Positions 1 to 9,266 of a stretch of DNA of 32,000 nucleotides are shown here, piece after piece (the stretch's first letter is position 1; each line of letters starts with the position of its first letter). The translations under genes and the position numbers were made by a program. The notes beneath the pieces were generated by a model. The model ran no database searches, was not told the origin of the DNA, and worked only from the letters and a program-made list of their open reading frames with translations. Origin of the DNA: Mycolicibacterium smegmatis (GTDB lineage: Bacteria > Actinomycetota > Actinomycetes > Mycobacteriales > Mycobacteriaceae); NCBI RefSeq assembly GCF_001457595.1, contig NZ_LN831039.1, forward strand, positions 2,040,001-2,072,000. The letters run 5' to 3'.

Positions 1-516
1 CATCCCGAACTTGGCCATCATGTACGCGGTCGGTGTGAGCCATTCGGACTCCAACCGGATCGGCGGGGACAAGGTCAGGATGTGCGGATTCTCGCGGCCT
101 TTCATGTGCGGGATACAGGCCTGCGACACCGCGTAGGTACCGCGGATCTGGATACCGTTCATCAGATCGAACCGCTTGAGCGGCACCTCCTCGATGGAGC
201 CGAGATTGATCGCCGATGCGTTGTTGACGCAGATGTCGATGCCACCGAACTGTTCGACGGCCTTGGTCACCGCCGCGGCCACCGAGTCGCCGTCACGCAC
301 GTCGCCCACGATGGGCAGGGCCTGGCCGCCGGCGTCCTCGATCTCTTCGGCGGCGGTGTAGATGGTGCCTTCAAGCTTGGGGTGCGGTTCGGCGGTCTTG
401 GCGATCAGCGCGATGTTGGCGCCGTCGGCGGCGGCCCGCTTGGCGATCGCCAGCCCGATACCGCGGCTCGCGCCCGAGATGAACATGGTCTTGCCGGACA
501 ACGGTGCCTGTGCCAT
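1..516 (-). CDS. Short-chain dehydrogenase/reductase (Rv3224-like), truncated by the window edge
   Basis: Reverse strand from the CAT at 514-516 reads MAQAPLSGKTMFISGASRGIGLAIAKRAA..., with an SDR-type glycine motif (GASRGIG) and a downstream NNAS-like motif. No stop before position 1. Not listed in the ORF track because it is open-ended. Confidence 0.88.
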   Translation of the reverse strand, partial: MAQAPLSGKTMFISGASRGIGLAIAKRAAADGANIALIAKTAEPHPKLEGTIYTAAEEIEDAGGQALPIVGDVRDGDSVAAAVTKAVEQFGGIDICVNNASAINLGSIEEVPLKRFDLMNGIQIRGTYAVSQACIPHMKGRENPHILTLSPPIRLESEWLTPTAYMMAKFGM

Positions 517-526
517 GCGCACCACA

Positions 527-1441
527 CTAAGTGCCCGGGTGCGCCTGCGTCGGCGACTTCGGGCCCTCGGTCAGGGTGCGCAGCACCCGCAGGACGTTGG
601 TGATCAGCGGCGAGTCTCCCGTGTGGGCGGCGACCAGGTCTACGCCCAGATCGGTGGGCCGCAGCGGGACGTAGCGCACCCCGGCGATGTCGAGCGCCGT
701 CGTCGGATCGGGCACGATCGCGACACCCAGCCCGGCCGCCACCAGGGTCACCAGCGTCGAGGTCTCCGAGACCTCCTGCCGGATCCGGGGCAGAAACCCG
801 GCGTCGGCGCACACGGTGGCCACGAGGTTGCTCATGACCGACCGTCCGTGACCGGTGTGCACCACGAAGTCCTCGTCGCGCAGGTCGGCCACCGTGACGG
901 CGTCCCGGATGGCCAGCGCGTGGTCGGCGGGCAGCGCGACCACCAGGCCGTCGCGGCGCACGGTGTGGGTCAGCACGGCCTCCTGGCGCACGGGCGGCCG
1001 CAGCAGCGCCAGGTCGATACCACCGGACAGCAGGGCCTCGATCTGTGCGGGCGCGAGCATCTCACCGCGCACGGTCACCTCGATCCCGGGCAGGGATTCG
1101 CCGAGCGCCCGCACGAGTTGCGGCAGCAGCGAGTAGGTGGCCGATCCGACGCAGCCGATCGTGATCCGGCCCTGAATTCCCGAAGCGATCCGCTGGGCCT
1201 CGGTGTTCGCCGCGTCGACGGCGTCGAGGATCTCGACCGCCCGGCGCAGGTAGGTGTGTCCGGCCGGGGTCAGCTCGACGCTGCGGGTGGTGCGTGTGAG
1301 CAGCGTGCACCCGAGTTCGCGTTCGAGTTGGCGGATCTGCTGCGACAGCGGCGGCTGGGCCATGTGCAGCCGCTCGGCGGCACGCCCGAAATGCAGTTCC
1401 TCGCCGACTGCGCGGAAGTACCGCAGGTGCCGCAGCTCCAT
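527..1441 (-). CDS. LysR-family transcriptional regulator, divergent from the pca genes
   Basis: 304 aa. N-terminal MELRHLRYFRAVGEELHFGRAAERLHMAQPPLSQQIRQLERELG is a classic LysR wHTH. Divergent from the 1515 ORF. Confidence 0.95.
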   Translation of the reverse strand: MELRHLRYFRAVGEELHFGRAAERLHMAQPPLSQQIRQLERELGCTLLTRTTRSVELTPAGHTYLRRAVEILDAVDAANTEAQRIASGIQGRITIGCVGSATYSLLPQLVRALGESLPGIEVTVRGEMLAPAQIEALLSGGIDLALLRPPVRQEAVLTHTVRRDGLVVALPADHALAIRDAVTVADLRDEDFVVHTGHGRSVMSNLVATVCADAGFLPRIRQEVSETSTLVTLVAAGLGVAIVPDPTTALDIAGVRYVPLRPTDLGVDLVAAHTGDSPLITNVLRVLRTLTEGPKSPTQAHPGT

Positions 1442-1481
1442 AAATACTCCAGAGATATCAATAGGTATCTACTGAGTATTT
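1442..1481. promoter_or_regulatory. Candidate LysR operator in the divergent LysR/pca intergenic region
   Basis: Perfect 8-bp arms AAATACTC (1442-1449) and GAGTATTT (1474-1481). Nested AGATA-N8-TATCT (1453-1470). Contains ATCAATAG (1457-1464), the same half-site found in the benA promoter region. AT-rich patch in GC-rich DNA. Confidence 0.55.
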
Positions 1482-1514
1482 CACAATATCTTCGCAGCTC
1501 TCTACCGTCGAAGC

Positions 1515-2747
1515 ATGGCTTCTGATTCGTCCGCATCCCAGGTGGTCATCTGCAATCCGCTCCGTACCCCGGTCGGGCGGATGGGCGGTGTGCTCGCCGC
1601 ACTGACCGCCGCCGACCTCGCGACGTCGACGCTGCGCGAACTCGCGACGCGGACCGGCCTCGGTGAAGGGGACATCGACGACGTCGTCCTCGGCCACGGC
1701 TACCCGAGCGGCGAGGCACCGGCCATCGGGCGCATCGCCGCGCTCGACGCCGGTCTCGGCACCGCTGTGCCCGGCCTGCAGCTCGACCGCCGCTGCGGAT
1801 CGGGTCTGCAGGCCGTGCTGTACGCCGCCGGGCAGGTCGCCACGGGAGCGGCCGGTGTGGTCGTGGCCGGCGGCGCCGAGTCGATGTCGAACGTCGAGCA
1901 CTACGCCCTCGGCCTGCGCACCGGTGTCCGCCAGGGCGGTGTGGCGCTGCACGACCGGCTCGACCGGGCACGTGAAACCGCAAGTGGCACAAGCCATCCC
2001 ATCGCCGGAGGCATGATCGAGACCGCCGAGAACCTGCGCCGCGAGTACGGCATCAGCCGCGCCGAACAGGACGAACTCGCCGTGCGGTCGCATCAGCGTG
2101 CGGTCGCCGCGCACGACGCGGGCCGCTTCGCCGACGAACTCGTCCCGGTCACGGTCCCCGGCAAGCGGGGCAGACCCGGCACCGTCGTCGACCGCGACGA
2201 GCATCCCCGCGCCGACATCGACGTCGAGACTTTGAGCGCGCTGCGGCCGATCCGAGGCAAGGTCGACGCCGAGGCCACCGTCACCGCAGGCAACGCCTCC
2301 GGGCAGAACGACGGTGCGGCCATGTGCGTCGTGACCACCCGCGAAGAAGCCGAAAAGCGCGGGCTCACACCCATGTTGGCGCTCAAGTCGTGGGCGGTCA
2401 CCGGGTGTGCGCCCGAGAAGATGGGCATCGGACCCGTCGCGGCCAGTGACGCGGCGTTGCAGCGCGCTGGAATCACCCTCGACGAGGTGGATCTCATCGA
2501 ACTCAACGAGGCATTCGCCGCCCAGGTGCTCGCTGTGCTCGCCGAATGGAAGGTCGACCCGCTCGACGAACGGCTCAACCCCAACGGATCCGGCATCTCG
2601 CTGGGCCACCCGATCGGTGCCACCGGTGCGCGGATCCTGGCGACCGCGGCCCACGAGGCGCTGCGGCGCGACGCCCGCTACGTGCTGGAGACCATGTGCA
2701 TCGGCGGCGGCCAGGGCCTCGCGGCGGTGTTCGAGGCCGTCCGATGA
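1515..2747 (+). CDS. pcaF: Acetyl-CoA C-acyltransferase, probable beta-ketoadipyl-CoA thiolase
   Basis: 410 aa thiolase with [27 protein letters not shown] and CIGGGQG motifs. Followed directly by enol-lactonase and CoA-transferase genes. Confidence 0.88.
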   Translation: MASDSSASQVVICNPLRTPVGRMGGVLAALTAADLATSTLRELATRTGLGEGDIDDVVLGHGYPSGEAPAIGRIAALDAGLGTAVPGLQLDRRCGSGLQAVLYAAGQVATGAAGVVVAGGAESMSNVEHYALGLRTGVRQGGVALHDRLDRARETASGTSHPIAGGMIETAENLRREYGISRAEQDELAVRSHQRAVAAHDAGRFADELVPVTVPGKRGRPGTVVDRDEHPRADIDVETLSALRPIRGKVDAEATVTAGNASGQNDGAAMCVVTTREEAEKRGLTPMLALKSWAVTGCAPEKMGIGPVAASDAALQRAGITLDEVDLIELNEAFAAQVLAVLAEWKVDPLDERLNPNGSGISLGHPIGATGARILATAAHEALRRDARYVLETMCIGGGQGLAAVFEAVR

Positions 2748-3520
2748 GCAGCGTTGCGGTGCACCACGTCGTCACCGGCCGATCCGACGGCCCCGCGGTG
2801 GTGTTCTCCAACTCGCTCGGTTCGACGCACCGCATGTGGGACCCACAACTCGCGGCGTTCGAGGAGCGGTTCCGCGTCGTGCGCTACGACACCCGCGGGC
2901 ACGGGCAGTCCCCGGTCCCCGAAGGTCCTTACACCATCGACGATCTCGCCGACGACGTCGTCGCACTTCTGGACACCCTCGGAATCGAGCGCGCCCACGT
3001 GGTCGGTCTGTCGCTGGGCGGCATGACCGCCATGCGGCTGTCCGCGCGCAATCCTCAGCGGGTCGACCGGATCGCGCTGCTGTGCACCGCGACACACCTG
3101 CCGCCGAGTTCGGCATGGACCGAACGGGCCGCGGCGGTGCGCACACACGGCAGCGCCGCCGTCGCCGAATCCGTTGTGGGGCGCTGGTTCACACCCGGGT
3201 TCCTGGCCGCGGATCCCGGCCGGAAGGCCGCCTACCAGCAGATGATCGCCGCGACACCGGCCGAAGGGTACGCGGGGTGTTGCGAGGCCATCGCGGCGCT
3301 CGACCTGCGCGCCGACCTCGCCCGGATCACCGCGCCGACACTGGCCATCGCCGGAACCGACGATCCCGCAACACCTCCCGACCGACTGGCCGAGATCACC
3401 GCCGCAGTACGCGGAGCCCGGCTGGTGCAGGTCACACCGGGCGCGCACCTGGCCAACGTCGAACAGGCCGACGCCATCACCCCAACCCTTCTCGAACATC
3501 TCGGAACGGAGCAGTCATGA
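2744..3520 (+). CDS. pcaD: 3-oxoadipate enol-lactonase (alpha/beta hydrolase)
   Basis: In-frame ATG at 2744 overlaps the thiolase stop. [36 protein letters not shown]...RYDTRGHG...[11 protein letters not shown] is typical of PcaD. The tracked ORF starts earlier, at 2546. Confidence 0.9.
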   Translation: MSSVAVHHVVTGRSDGPAVVFSNSLGSTHRMWDPQLAAFEERFRVVRYDTRGHGQSPVPEGPYTIDDLADDVVALLDTLGIERAHVVGLSLGGMTAMRLSARNPQRVDRIALLCTATHLPPSSAWTERAAAVRTHGSAAVAESVVGRWFTPGFLAADPGRKAAYQQMIAATPAEGYAGCCEAIAALDLRADLARITAPTLAIAGTDDPATPPDRLAEITAAVRGARLVQVTPGAHLANVEQADAITPTLLEHLGTEQS

Positions 3521-4314
3521 CCATCGACAAGGTCGTCGGCTCGGCCGCCGAAGCCGTCGCCGACGTTCCCCGCGGTGCCGCCATCGCCGTCGGCGGATTC
3601 GGATTGGCAGGCATCCCATGGTTTCTCATCGAGGCGCTGCTTGAGCAGGGTGCCGACGACCTGACGATCGTCTCCAACAACTGCGGGGTCGACGGCGCGG
3701 GTCTGGGCCTGCTGCTCGAAGCGGGCCGCATCAGCCGCGTCATCGCGTCGTACGTGGGGGAGAACAAGGAGTTCGCCAGGCAGTACCTGGCCGGTGAACT
3801 CACCGTCGAGTTGACGCCGCAAGGCACACTGGCCGAGCGGATGCGCGCAGGCGGCAGCGGAATCGGTGCGTTCTTCACCCCGACCGGGGTGGGGACACTG
3901 GTCGCCGAAGGCGGGCTCCCGTGGCGCTACCACCCGGACGGCACCGTGGCGCTGGCGTCACCGGCCAAGGAGGTCCGCACCTTCAACGGCAAGGACATGG
4001 TGCTCGAGGAGTCGATCGTCACCGACTTCGCGCTCGTGCGTGCCGCGGTCGTCGACAGGGCAGGCAACTGCAAGTTCCACGCCGCCGCACGCAATTTCAA
4101 CCCGCCCGCGGCCATGGCGGGCCGGATCACGGTGGCCGAGGCCGAGAAGGTCGTCGAGGTCGGTGAACTGCACCCCGATGAGATCCACCTGCCCGGCATC
4201 TTCGTGCAGCGCGTCGTCGCGCTCACCCCGGAACAGGCCGCGCACAAGGACATCGAGAAACGCACCACCCGGCCGCGGCCGGTCACCGAGGAGCCCGAGG
4301 AGATGACCCGATGA
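3517..4314 (+). CDS. pcaI: 3-oxoadipate/3-oxoacid CoA-transferase subunit A
   Basis: ATG at 3517 overlaps the pcaD stop (ATGA). [45 protein letters not shown] is a class I CoA-transferase alpha subunit. Coupled to a beta subunit. Confidence 0.88.
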   Translation: MTIDKVVGSAAEAVADVPRGAAIAVGGFGLAGIPWFLIEALLEQGADDLTIVSNNCGVDGAGLGLLLEAGRISRVIASYVGENKEFARQYLAGELTVELTPQGTLAERMRAGGSGIGAFFTPTGVGTLVAEGGLPWRYHPDGTVALASPAKEVRTFNGKDMVLEESIVTDFALVRAAVVDRAGNCKFHAAARNFNPPAAMAGRITVAEAEKVVEVGELHPDEIHLPGIFVQRVVALTPEQAAHKDIEKRTTRPRPVTEEPEEMTR

Positions 4315-4961
4315 GCTGGAACCGTGACGACATGGCGGCCCGTGCCGCCACCGAACTGCACGACGGCGACTACGTCAACCTCGGCATCGGCCTGCCCACG
4401 CTGATCCCGGACCACCTGCCCGCGGGCTCGCAGGTCACGCTGCACTCGGAGAACGGCATCCTCGGTGTCGGTCCGTTCCCGTACGACGACGAGGTGGACC
4501 CTGATCTGGTCAACGCGGGCAAGCAGACGGTGTCGGTGGTGGCCGGCGCCTCGTACTTCGACTCGGCGACGAGTTTCGCGATGATCCGCGGCGGCCACGT
4601 CGACGTCGCGGTGCTGGGCGGCATGCAGGTCGCGGCCAACGGTGACCTGGCCAACTGGATGGTGCCGGGCTCGATGGTCAAGGGCATGGGCGGCGCGATG
4701 GATCTGGTCAGCGGCGCCCGCCGCGTGATCGTGCTGATGGATCACGTCGCGAAATCCGGTGCGGCCAAGCTGGTCTCGTCATGCACGTTGCCGCTGACCG
4801 GGAAAGCCGTCGTGAGCCGGGTGATCACCGATCTCGGGGTCTTCGACGTCACCGGAGACGGCTTCCGGGTGGTCGAACTCGCGCCGGGCGTGGAGTTCGA
4901 CCACGTGGCCGCCAACACGGATGCGACGCTGGTCGACGGTCGCGTGGGCAGCCTGGTCTGA
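4311..4961 (+). CDS. pcaJ: 3-oxoadipate/3-oxoacid CoA-transferase subunit B
   Basis: 216 aa. [37 protein letters not shown] carries the catalytic-Glu SENG motif. Overlaps the alpha-subunit stop. Confidence 0.9.
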   Translation: MSWNRDDMAARAATELHDGDYVNLGIGLPTLIPDHLPAGSQVTLHSENGILGVGPFPYDDEVDPDLVNAGKQTVSVVAGASYFDSATSFAMIRGGHVDVAVLGGMQVAANGDLANWMVPGSMVKGMGGAMDLVSGARRVIVLMDHVAKSGAAKLVSSCTLPLTGKAVVSRVITDLGVFDVTGDGFRVVELAPGVEFDHVAANTDATLVDGRVGSLV

Positions 4962-4965
4962 CGGA

Positions 4966-5550
4966 TCAGCCTGCGGCGTCGGGCAGCAGCGGCGGGCAGT
5001 TGCCGAGCGGATCGGCGACCAGTTCGAAGTGCCAGGATTCGTTGGCGTAGATCTGGCACAGGCCGAAGCGCGGTCCGTTGGTGATCAGCCACTGATCGGC
5101 GCCCGTGCCGCCGATGTCGACGGCCTCACCGGTGACGTGACGCGACGCCGTGGGGGTCTGCACGTACTCGCGTGCGGCGGCCAGGCTGCCGTAGGTCTGA
5201 ACCGCGTTGTCGAGCAGGGTCTGCTGGAACGTGGGCGAGCGCCAGCCCGAGGTGACCGTCATGGTGATGCCTTCGGCAGCGGCGGCGTTCGCGGCGTTCT
5301 GCACGGCCGCCAGCAGCCGCGGATCGAGCTTGGCGATCGCCGGTTGCTGCAGGTCGAACGGCGAGAACGCCTGACCGTCGGCCAGCGAACCGTCACTGGA
5401 CGTCAGCGCCTCGGTGTTGTCGACGAGCGCGATCTGTGGGCTCGACGCAGGCGCGGTGAGCGCACCGGTGAGCACCGCCGAAGCGGTGACCAGGCCACCG
5501 AAGAGCCCCGCACCGATCCCCATGATCCTCCCCATCACGGAGTTCACCAT
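4966..5550 (-). CDS. Probable secreted/membrane-anchored D,D-carboxypeptidase (peptidase M15/VanY-like)
   Basis: MVNSVMGRIMGIGAGLFGG hydrophobic N-terminus, then TSGWRSPTFQQTLLD, SRHVTGEAVDIG and ESWHFEL, which match the M15 zinc ligands. The tracked ORF extends to 5604 and overlaps the next gene, so the start is probably internal. Confidence 0.8.
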   Translation of the reverse strand: MVNSVMGRIMGIGAGLFGGLVTASAVLTGALTAPASSPQIALVDNTEALTSSDGSLADGQAFSPFDLQQPAIAKLDPRLLAAVQNAANAAAAEGITMTVTSGWRSPTFQQTLLDNAVQTYGSLAAAREYVQTPTASRHVTGEAVDIGGTGADQWLITNGPRFGLCQIYANESWHFELVADPLGNCPPLLPDAAG

Positions 5551-5563
5551 ACCGATCGGCGGG

Positions 5564-8230
5564 TCATCGCCGCAGCGCAGCCAACTCGGCGCGCGAACGG
5601 ACACCGAGCTTCGCGTACACCCGCGTCAGGTGGTACTGGACCGTCTTGGGGGATACGTACAGCTCGGCGGCAACCTCGCGGTTGGACAATCCCTGCGCGA
5701 CGAGGGCGGTGACGGCGTCCTCCTGCGGGGTCAACTCGACGCTGTCGCGTGATCCCCGCAGCTGGTGCAAACCGCCGGCCTTGAGTTCGCGGTCACAGCG
5801 TGCGACGTACGTGTGGGCCCCGAGCGACAGGTACAGATCACGGGCCGTGGCGATCACGGCGTCGGCGTCGCGCCGTTTACCGGCGCGTCGCAGCGTCTGT
5901 CCGTAGGCGAAATTGACCCGGGCCCGGTCATAGCGCAGCGGCAGACCGTCGAGCAGCGCCAGCGACTCCTCGAACCGGGCACGCGCTGCGGACAGTTCGC
6001 CCCGTGCGCCGAGCAGTCGCCCGCGCGCGTAGCCCAGCCGGGCCATCGCCGAGCGGTGACCGCGTTCACGCGCCACCTCCTCGTGGGGACGCAGGAATTC
6101 GTCGGCCTCGTCCAGAGCGCCGTCGATCACCAGCGCGTTGGCCAGCACGTCGGGCCACGGCCAGTAACCCGGTTCGGTGAGCACGGTGCCCGGCGCCCTG
6201 GCGGCCAGGGCCGCAAGTGGTTCCAGCACGCGGCGCACCTTCGGGTAGTCCGCCTCGGCCTCGGCGACCTGCGCGCGGGCGAGGATCGTCGGGATCCGCA
6301 TCATCTCGTAGTCCTGGGTGACCCGGTCGGCCGCCTGCACCGCCGCGTGCGCGGTTTCCCAGTCACCGCGCAGCGCACTGATCTGCGCCGCAATCCATTC
6401 CAGCAACGGTGTGGTGATGGTGATCCCGCTGGAGGCGGCGAGATCGCGTCCCGACACGACGGTGGCCAACGCGGCGTCCCAGTCGCCACTGACGAAGTGC
6501 GCGCGTGCGAGCCACGCCATGGCCCACAGCGTGATCCGGCTCGATCCGCCCAGATTGGCCGTGGCGATGGCACTTTCGAGGTTGCTGCGTGCGCCGTCGA
6601 CGTCATCGCGGATCAGTTGCAGCCAGCCGCGCCCCAGGGTCACGCGTTGGGCCTGCGCACCGTGGGTGATCCGTTCTGCCAGTTCGTCGTACGCGGCGGT
6701 CGCCTGCTCCGCGCGGCCCGCGGCGGCCAGGCCGAGCCCGCGCACCGCGGCCGACTCGACCGCGGTGGGGGATTCGCGGTCGGCGAGGCGCAGTGCGGTA
6801 TCGGCCCAGCGGACCAGTTCGGTGCCGCGGCCACGCACCAGTGAGTGCAGCACGTAGCGTTGCGCGATCAGCGCCGCGGTTTCGGGATCGCGTTCGGCGT
6901 TGACGATGTCCCAGGCCCGGCGCAGCCGCACCTCGGCCTCGGTGGCCCGGCCGCGCAGGATCGCCAGGTACGCGAGAACCGCGTTGCGCAAAGGTGTCTC
7001 ACGCAGACTCTCGACAACCGGGATCAGCTGCGCGGCGGCGCCGCAGTCACCGGCGGCCACGAGCGCGTCGACCGAACGGGTGAGCCGTTCGTCGCGCAGC
7101 AGCGGATCCGACGTCAGCCTGCTCGCATCGTGGAACAACGTCGCGGCCAGTGCCCACGCGCCGTCGGCACCGCTGGCCCGCGCGAGGGCGTCGACCTCAC
7201 CGGCCAGCGCCTCGTCGGGCGCCGCCGCGGCCGCGACACGATGGCGAAGCCGGCGCCGCGGATCGGTGATCACCTCGGCCGCGCGCCGGTGCGCCTCGGC
7301 AGTCGCGCGGGCCCCCAGCAGAGTCAGCACAGCAGGCCCGGTCAGCCCGTCGGTCAGCCGGGGCTCGAAATGCACCACATGCGTGACCAGTCCGGCGTCC
7401 ACGGCTTCGTCGAGCGCCGCGAGTGGTTCGCTCGGTCCGCTCAGCCCGGCCAGGTCCGCGGCCTCGGCAAGCGTGACGGTGTCGGTGGCGTCCGTGGCAT
7501 CGCCACCGCCGGTGGCGCCGAGCACCGCGAGCGCCTGCACCAGTGCACGGCCCGCAGGCCCGCAGGAGTCGAGTTGTGTCGCGACACGTTCGACGACGTG
7601 GCGCGGTGCGGGCAGCGACGAGTCGAGCCGTGCCCACGCCGAGGCGGGCACCTCGTCGAACAACGCCAGCACGTCGCGCGGATTGCCGCCGGCGTGACGG
7701 GTCAGGCGGTCGGCCAGGGTCGGGTGGATGGTGATGCCCCGCAGGCGCGCCAACTCCACCACGGCGGCCACCGGGAGACCGGTCAACTCGACCACGTCGT
7801 CGGCCGCGAGCGGGATCGGCAGCGCATCCACCGACTGCGTCGCGAGCACCACCAGCACCGGCAGGTCGCGCTGATGCCGCACGAGTGTCGAAAGTGCCTG
7901 CAGAGACTCGACATCGGCGTGATGCGCGTCGTCGACGAGCAGCAGGCGCACACCCGCCGCGCGCACGTGGTCGACCAGATGCGCAGCGCCGTCGAGCGGG
8001 TCGTCGGGCACGTCGTCCTGCATCAGCTGCGCCAGCACACCGCCGGGCAGGTCGGTCTCCCACGAAGCGCCGAGTGCCCACCACGCACCGTGCCGCTGCG
8101 TCAGGTCGCGCAGCAGGGCGGTCTTGCCGATACCGGGTTCGCCGGTCAGCACCACCAGACGGGCGGTGTGTTCGGCCGCGGCGACGTGCTCACCGAGTTC
8201 GCTGAGTTCACGATCTCGTCCGCACAGCAC
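5564..8230 (-). CDS. Large ATP-binding LuxR-family (LAL/MalT-like) transcriptional regulator
   Basis: Walker A GEPGIGKTALL, Walker B-like VRLLLVDDAHHAD, and C-terminal LuxR HTH LTPQEDAVTALVAQGLSNREVAAELYVSPKTVQYHLTRVYAKLGV. The tracked ORF starts at 8281 inside the neighbouring LysR gene; an in-frame GTG at 8230 (VLCGRDREL) is a likely start. Confidence 0.9.
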   Translation of the reverse strand: MLCGRDRELSELGEHVAAAEHTARLVVLTGEPGIGKTALLRDLTQRHGAWWALGASWETDLPGGVLAQLMQDDVPDDPLDGAAHLVDHVRAAGVRLLLVDDAHHADVESLQALSTLVRHQRDLPVLVVLATQSVDALPIPLAADDVVELTGLPVAAVVELARLRGITIHPTLADRLTRHAGGNPRDVLALFDEVPASAWARLDSSLPAPRHVVERVATQLDSCGPAGRALVQALAVLGATGGGDATDATDTVTLAEAADLAGLSGPSEPLAALDEAVDAGLVTHVVHFEPRLTDGLTGPAVLTLLGARATAEAHRRAAEVITDPRRRLRHRVAAAAAPDEALAGEVDALARASGADGAWALAATLFHDASRLTSDPLLRDERLTRSVDALVAAGDCGAAAQLIPVVESLRETPLRNAVLAYLAILRGRATEAEVRLRRAWDIVNAERDPETAALIAQRYVLHSLVRGRGTELVRWADTALRLADRESPTAVESAAVRGLGLAAAGRAEQATAAYDELAERITHGAQAQRVTLGRGWLQLIRDDVDGARSNLESAIATANLGGSSRITLWAMAWLARAHFVSGDWDAALATVVSGRDLAASSGITITTPLLEWIAAQISALRGDWETAHAAVQAADRVTQDYEMMRIPTILARAQVAEAEADYPKVRRVLEPLAALAARAPGTVLTEPGYWPWPDVLANALVIDGALDEADEFLRPHEEVARERGHRSAMARLGYARGRLLGARGELSAARARFEESLALLDGLPLRYDRARVNFAYGQTLRRAGKRRDADAVIATARDLYLSLGAHTYVARCDRELKAGGLHQLRGSRDSVELTPQEDAVTALVAQGLSNREVAAELYVSPKTVQYHLTRVYAKLGVRSRAELAALRR

Positions 8231-8237
8231 GCGCCAA

Positions 8238-9191
8238 TTATGCGCCGCCGGCCGGACGCGCCACGGCGCGTTCGAGCTCATCGACCAGCGCCTCGATCTC
8301 CGCCGGGCGCAGGACGCGCTCGGAACGCCGGTCCGACAACCGGTCCGGCGCCCACGCCAGCGCGATCTGCGCAGGCGCCCAGGTCGCCTCGTCGATGGGG
8401 ATCAGCTTGAACTCCGGAGGCGAGAAGATCCGGCCGATCATCGATTCCGGTGCGTAGGTGACCATTGCGACCAGGTGCCGGTTGAACACCTGGGTCGCCA
8501 TCTCCAGCTCGCCGCCGAGCTGGTTGATGGCGCGCACGATCTTCGTGACGCCCTTGGCGTTGAGACCGCGCGTGAGGCCCGCGAGCACCACCGGGTTGGG
8601 CCGCGCGAAATCGATCACGACCTCGCGGTCGCGCAGTTCCTCGATCGCGACGACGTCCTTGGCGGCCAGCGGATCGTCGAACCGCACCGCGATCGCGCCC
8701 TGATACCGGGCCACCACCCGGTGGCGCAGCCGCTTGTCCGCCGACGGCAGATGGATCAGCCCGATGTCGAGGTGTCCCGACACCAGCTTGGCGGTGACCT
8801 CGGCGGCCGACCCGGGGACGCTGAACTGCGTCGGCGCCGCCAGGCCCGCGACCGCCTTCTCCAGCCGCGCCAGGAAATCCGACGGTGCGTACGCCGTGGC
8901 GCCGACCCGTACCGGCGCCACCCCCTGGGTGATGCGCGACGCGGTCGCCTTCAGGTCCTCGACGCGGGCCAGGATGTCGCGTGCGGGCCCCAGCAGCTTC
9001 TCGCCGAGCGGGGTCAGGCGCACCTCGTGGTAGTTGCGCTCGAACAGCTGACCGCCGAGTTCCTTCTCCAGCAGCTTGATCTGCTTGGACAGCGGCGGAG
9101 GCGTGATCATCAGCCGGTCGGCCGCACGTTTGAAGTGCAGCTCTTCGGCGACCGCGACGAAATACCTGAGTCGGGTGAAGTCGATCTCCAT
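8238..9191 (-). CDS. LysR-family transcriptional regulator
   Basis: 317 aa. MEIDFTRLRYFVAVAEELHFKRAADRLMITPPPLSKQIKLLEKELGGQLFER wHTH followed by a substrate-binding domain. Confidence 0.95.
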   Translation of the reverse strand: MEIDFTRLRYFVAVAEELHFKRAADRLMITPPPLSKQIKLLEKELGGQLFERNYHEVRLTPLGEKLLGPARDILARVEDLKATASRITQGVAPVRVGATAYAPSDFLARLEKAVAGLAAPTQFSVPGSAAEVTAKLVSGHLDIGLIHLPSADKRLRHRVVARYQGAIAVRFDDPLAAKDVVAIEELRDREVVIDFARPNPVVLAGLTRGLNAKGVTKIVRAINQLGGELEMATQVFNRHLVAMVTYAPESMIGRIFSPPEFKLIPIDEATWAPAQIALAWAPDRLSDRRSERVLRPAEIEALVDELERAVARPAGGA

Positions 9192-9266
9192 GCGGTCAGT
9201 TCCGGCGATTCGAGGTGGATGTGATCCCCGAATCGTACGAGACGTCCCCGGAGACGCCGGAGCACC

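Noticed and set aside
82-603. 173-aa plus-strand ORF at the left edge
   Set aside because: Antisense to a convincing SDR coding frame (GASRGIG motif).
2407-4314. 635-aa ORF spanning the pcaF end, pcaD and pcaI
   Set aside because: Only the C-terminal part from ATG 3517 is a real protein (PcaI). The N-terminal extension is out of frame with the clear thiolase and PcaD frames.
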